NCBI GenBank assembly: GCA_963840855.1
Contig: CAWJBB010000001.1
Span: 1 to 64,000 of the forward strand
Source of the DNA: an uncultured delta proteobacterium
GTDB taxonomy: Bacteria; Desulfobacterota; Binatia; UBA9968
DNA: 64,000 nt
Reading direction: 5' to 3'
Positions 62,151 through 64,000 of the stretch are shown one piece after another (the stretch's first letter is position 1; each line of letters opens with the position of its first letter). Both the position numbers and the translations under genes were made by a program. Below the pieces are notes generated by a model that searched no databases, was not told the DNA's origin, and worked only from the letters and a program-made list of their open reading frames with translations.

Positions 62151-63056
62151 ATGATGACCGACCCAAAGTTTATTGAAGTCGATGGAATCCGAACCCGCTA
62201 TTTTCGATAGGGGCAGCGGCGAAGTGTTGTTACTGGTGCATGGCAGCCACATGGGTACACCCGACGCGTGCGAGAGTGCCATCGACTGGGAGTTCAACTT
62301 CGATGTTCTCGCCCAATGCTTTCGCGTCATTGCCATGGATAAGCTCGGGCAAGGCTACACCGGCAATCCGAAATCCGACACCGACTACACCATGGCGGCC
62401 ACCGTAAAGCACGCGGCGGGCTTGTTACAGGCGCTCGGGCTCAAAAATGTTCACGTCATCGGCCACTCGCGCGGCGGCTACGTCGTCGCCCGGCTCACCT
62501 TGGATTATCCAGAACTGGTTCGCTCTTGCGTCATTGTCGACAGCGGCACCCTTGCACCCGGACCATCGAAGACGGAATACATCATGGCCGCTGCGCCCAA
62601 GCCGCGCCTGAGCCGCGAAAGCCAGCGCTGGTGCATCGAGCACTACTCCTTCAAATCGAATCACATCAGCCAAACCTGGCTCGACACTTGTGAAGATATC
62701 GCCAAGTCGGAAAAGTACCAGGAAACCGTCAGAAAGATGGAGGACGAGGGGCTAAAGAGAAATCAATTCTTCACGCGGTTGGCGGTGCACAAGGAAGAAA
62801 CGCTCAATTGGATCATTCAAGGGAAGCTCACGCAGCCGACGATGTTAGTCTGGGCTACAACGATCCCACGGCACTGCTCAAACGCGGCCACGCGCTGTTC
62901 GAAATCATCGCCGACAGTAATCCCAAGTCGGAAATGCACATCATCAACGAGGCCGGCCACTTCTGCTACCGCGAACAACCGGAGACGTTCAATCGGGTAA
63001 TCAAGGCCTTCGTCGAAAAGTGCGCGGAGGACCACACGGGTCACGTATCGCGTTGA
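62151..63056 (+). CDS. Alpha/beta hydrolase (meta-cleavage-product hydrolase-like), frameshifted near 62203 and 62853
   Basis: MMTDPKFIEVDGIRTRYF | LLLVHG, DKLGQG, GHSRGG | GYNDP, AGHF..EQPETFN; GGAGG RBS. Confidence 0.85.
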
Positions 63057-63159
63057 ATACTAGTGTGGCGTCTCTGAAATTCGTTACATAATTCAGTAGT
63101 CATTCCTGGCAACCCTCTCGAAAGCGTGCTCGTGGCAGCTGGCATTCACGCGCGAGGCG

Positions 63160-63612
63160 CTAAACTTTCGTTGAGCGGTTTGGTTCGGACGGTTCAGAAA
63201 TCGTTTTCAGCGCTTCGTCTGCCAGCTCGCGATCTTCGCTAGCGTGGGTGCGCACGGCGAGATCGCCAAGGGAGAGCATGCCGACTAGACGCTTACTCCG
63301 ATCCAATATCGGTAGACGGCGAATCTGCTGAGCTTCCATCACGCTTGCGGCTTCGTCCAGTGATTGATCATCGAAGCAATAAGTCGCGCCCGGCGTCATG
63401 ATCTCGTTCACTTTGGTCATCGACGCATCGAGGCCTTCCGCTACAAGCCGCACAGCAATATCGCGATCCGTTATCAAGCCCTCGAGTCTCTCACCATCAC
63501 AAACCGGCAACGAGCCGACGTCTAACTCTCTCATCTTTTCGGCAGCTTCTATGGCCGGCGCATGCGAGTTGATAACTTCCGCTCCTGCAGTCATGACCTC
63601 TCTAATTTGCAT
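63160..63612 (-). CDS. CBS domain pair protein
   Basis: VGSLPVCD, GLITDRDI, QIRRLPI, GMLSLGDL; GGAGG RBS. Confidence 0.92.
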   Translation of the reverse strand: MQIREVMTAGAEVINSHAPAIEAAEKMRELDVGSLPVCDGERLEGLITDRDIAVRLVAEGLDASMTKVNEIMTPGATYCFDDQSLDEAASVMEAQQIRRLPILDRSKRLVGMLSLGDLAVRTHASEDRELADEALKTISEPSEPNRSTKV

Positions 63613-63643
63613 ACGTCACCTCCGAAATTACTCAAAAGGAAAG

Positions 63644-63658
63644 GCAAGCTTCATGCCA
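63644..63658 (-). promoter_or_regulatory. Sigma54 (-24/-12) promoter upstream of the CBS gene
   Basis: TGGCATG-AAGC-TTGC, with exact GG-N10-GC spacing, about 30 nt upstream of the start. Confidence 0.6.
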
Positions 63659-64000
63659 GAGCACACGAACCTCAAACGGACAGATAATCGCGTAAAATAT
63701 GTGCGTTTGGCAATTCTGGCTGCCGAGACAAGCTGGAATCAGCCAAGCCCAGACGGTCTCCAATGGTGATCGGGCGCGCTGCTGTTTCAATTTTGCGAAT
63801 CTTGCTCAAACAAATGTCCTGATATCGGGGCATGTTATCAACGACAACCCTTTCATTGTCCCCAACACTGCCCGCTCAATCAATAACAATGGTGGCTTTT
63901 CTCTTGCGCTATTGCATCAGCTAATTCCGAAACTCCCCATTCGCTGAGCGGCTTGCGGTTTGCTAGGTTCTCCTTTTGCTCCCTATCGTAGCGACTGTAA

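Overview
GC-rich bacterial chromosomal window. The content (many substrate-binding proteins, amidohydrolases, Rieske oxygenases, VOC proteins, dense palindromic intergenic repeats) resembles soil Deltaproteobacteria-like/Candidatus Binatia genomes; the taxon is an inference. Left to right: a Rieske oxygenase and a UbiD decarboxylase; a sucA-sucB-lpdA operon followed by a YbfF/ABHD11-type hydrolase; a minus-strand catabolic cluster (ComE/ComD-like ThDP decarboxylase, two DUF3891/HD-like paralogues, CoxMSL-like Mo-hydroxylase, amidohydrolase, YciI); a 15-kb alpha-glucan operon (glgE, treS-mak, malQ, glgB, glgA, glgC, GH57); mlaC; a CdaA-YbbR diadenylate cyclase; and selA-selB-selD, where SelD is itself a selenoprotein (in-frame UGA plus SECIS hairpin, missed by the ORF track). 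The most unusual part is 42.1-47.3 kb. There a 3.5-kb recombinase-in-trio (RIT) element joins two convergent integron-integrase genes, both cut at the catalytic-Tyr codon. The larger intI sits behind a LexA-boxed promoter that still carries a stub of a lexA gene. The right third holds RraA-like, SNF2, TAXI, ABC-SBP, ring-hydroxylating dioxygenase, MFS and CBS genes. Nested ~131-bp MITEs carrying REP doublets and inverted heptamer arrays recur, and one such array apparently encodes a signal peptide. About a dozen single-base frameshifts in otherwise intact genes suggest long-read indel errors. All calls come from motif recognition by eye, without database searches.
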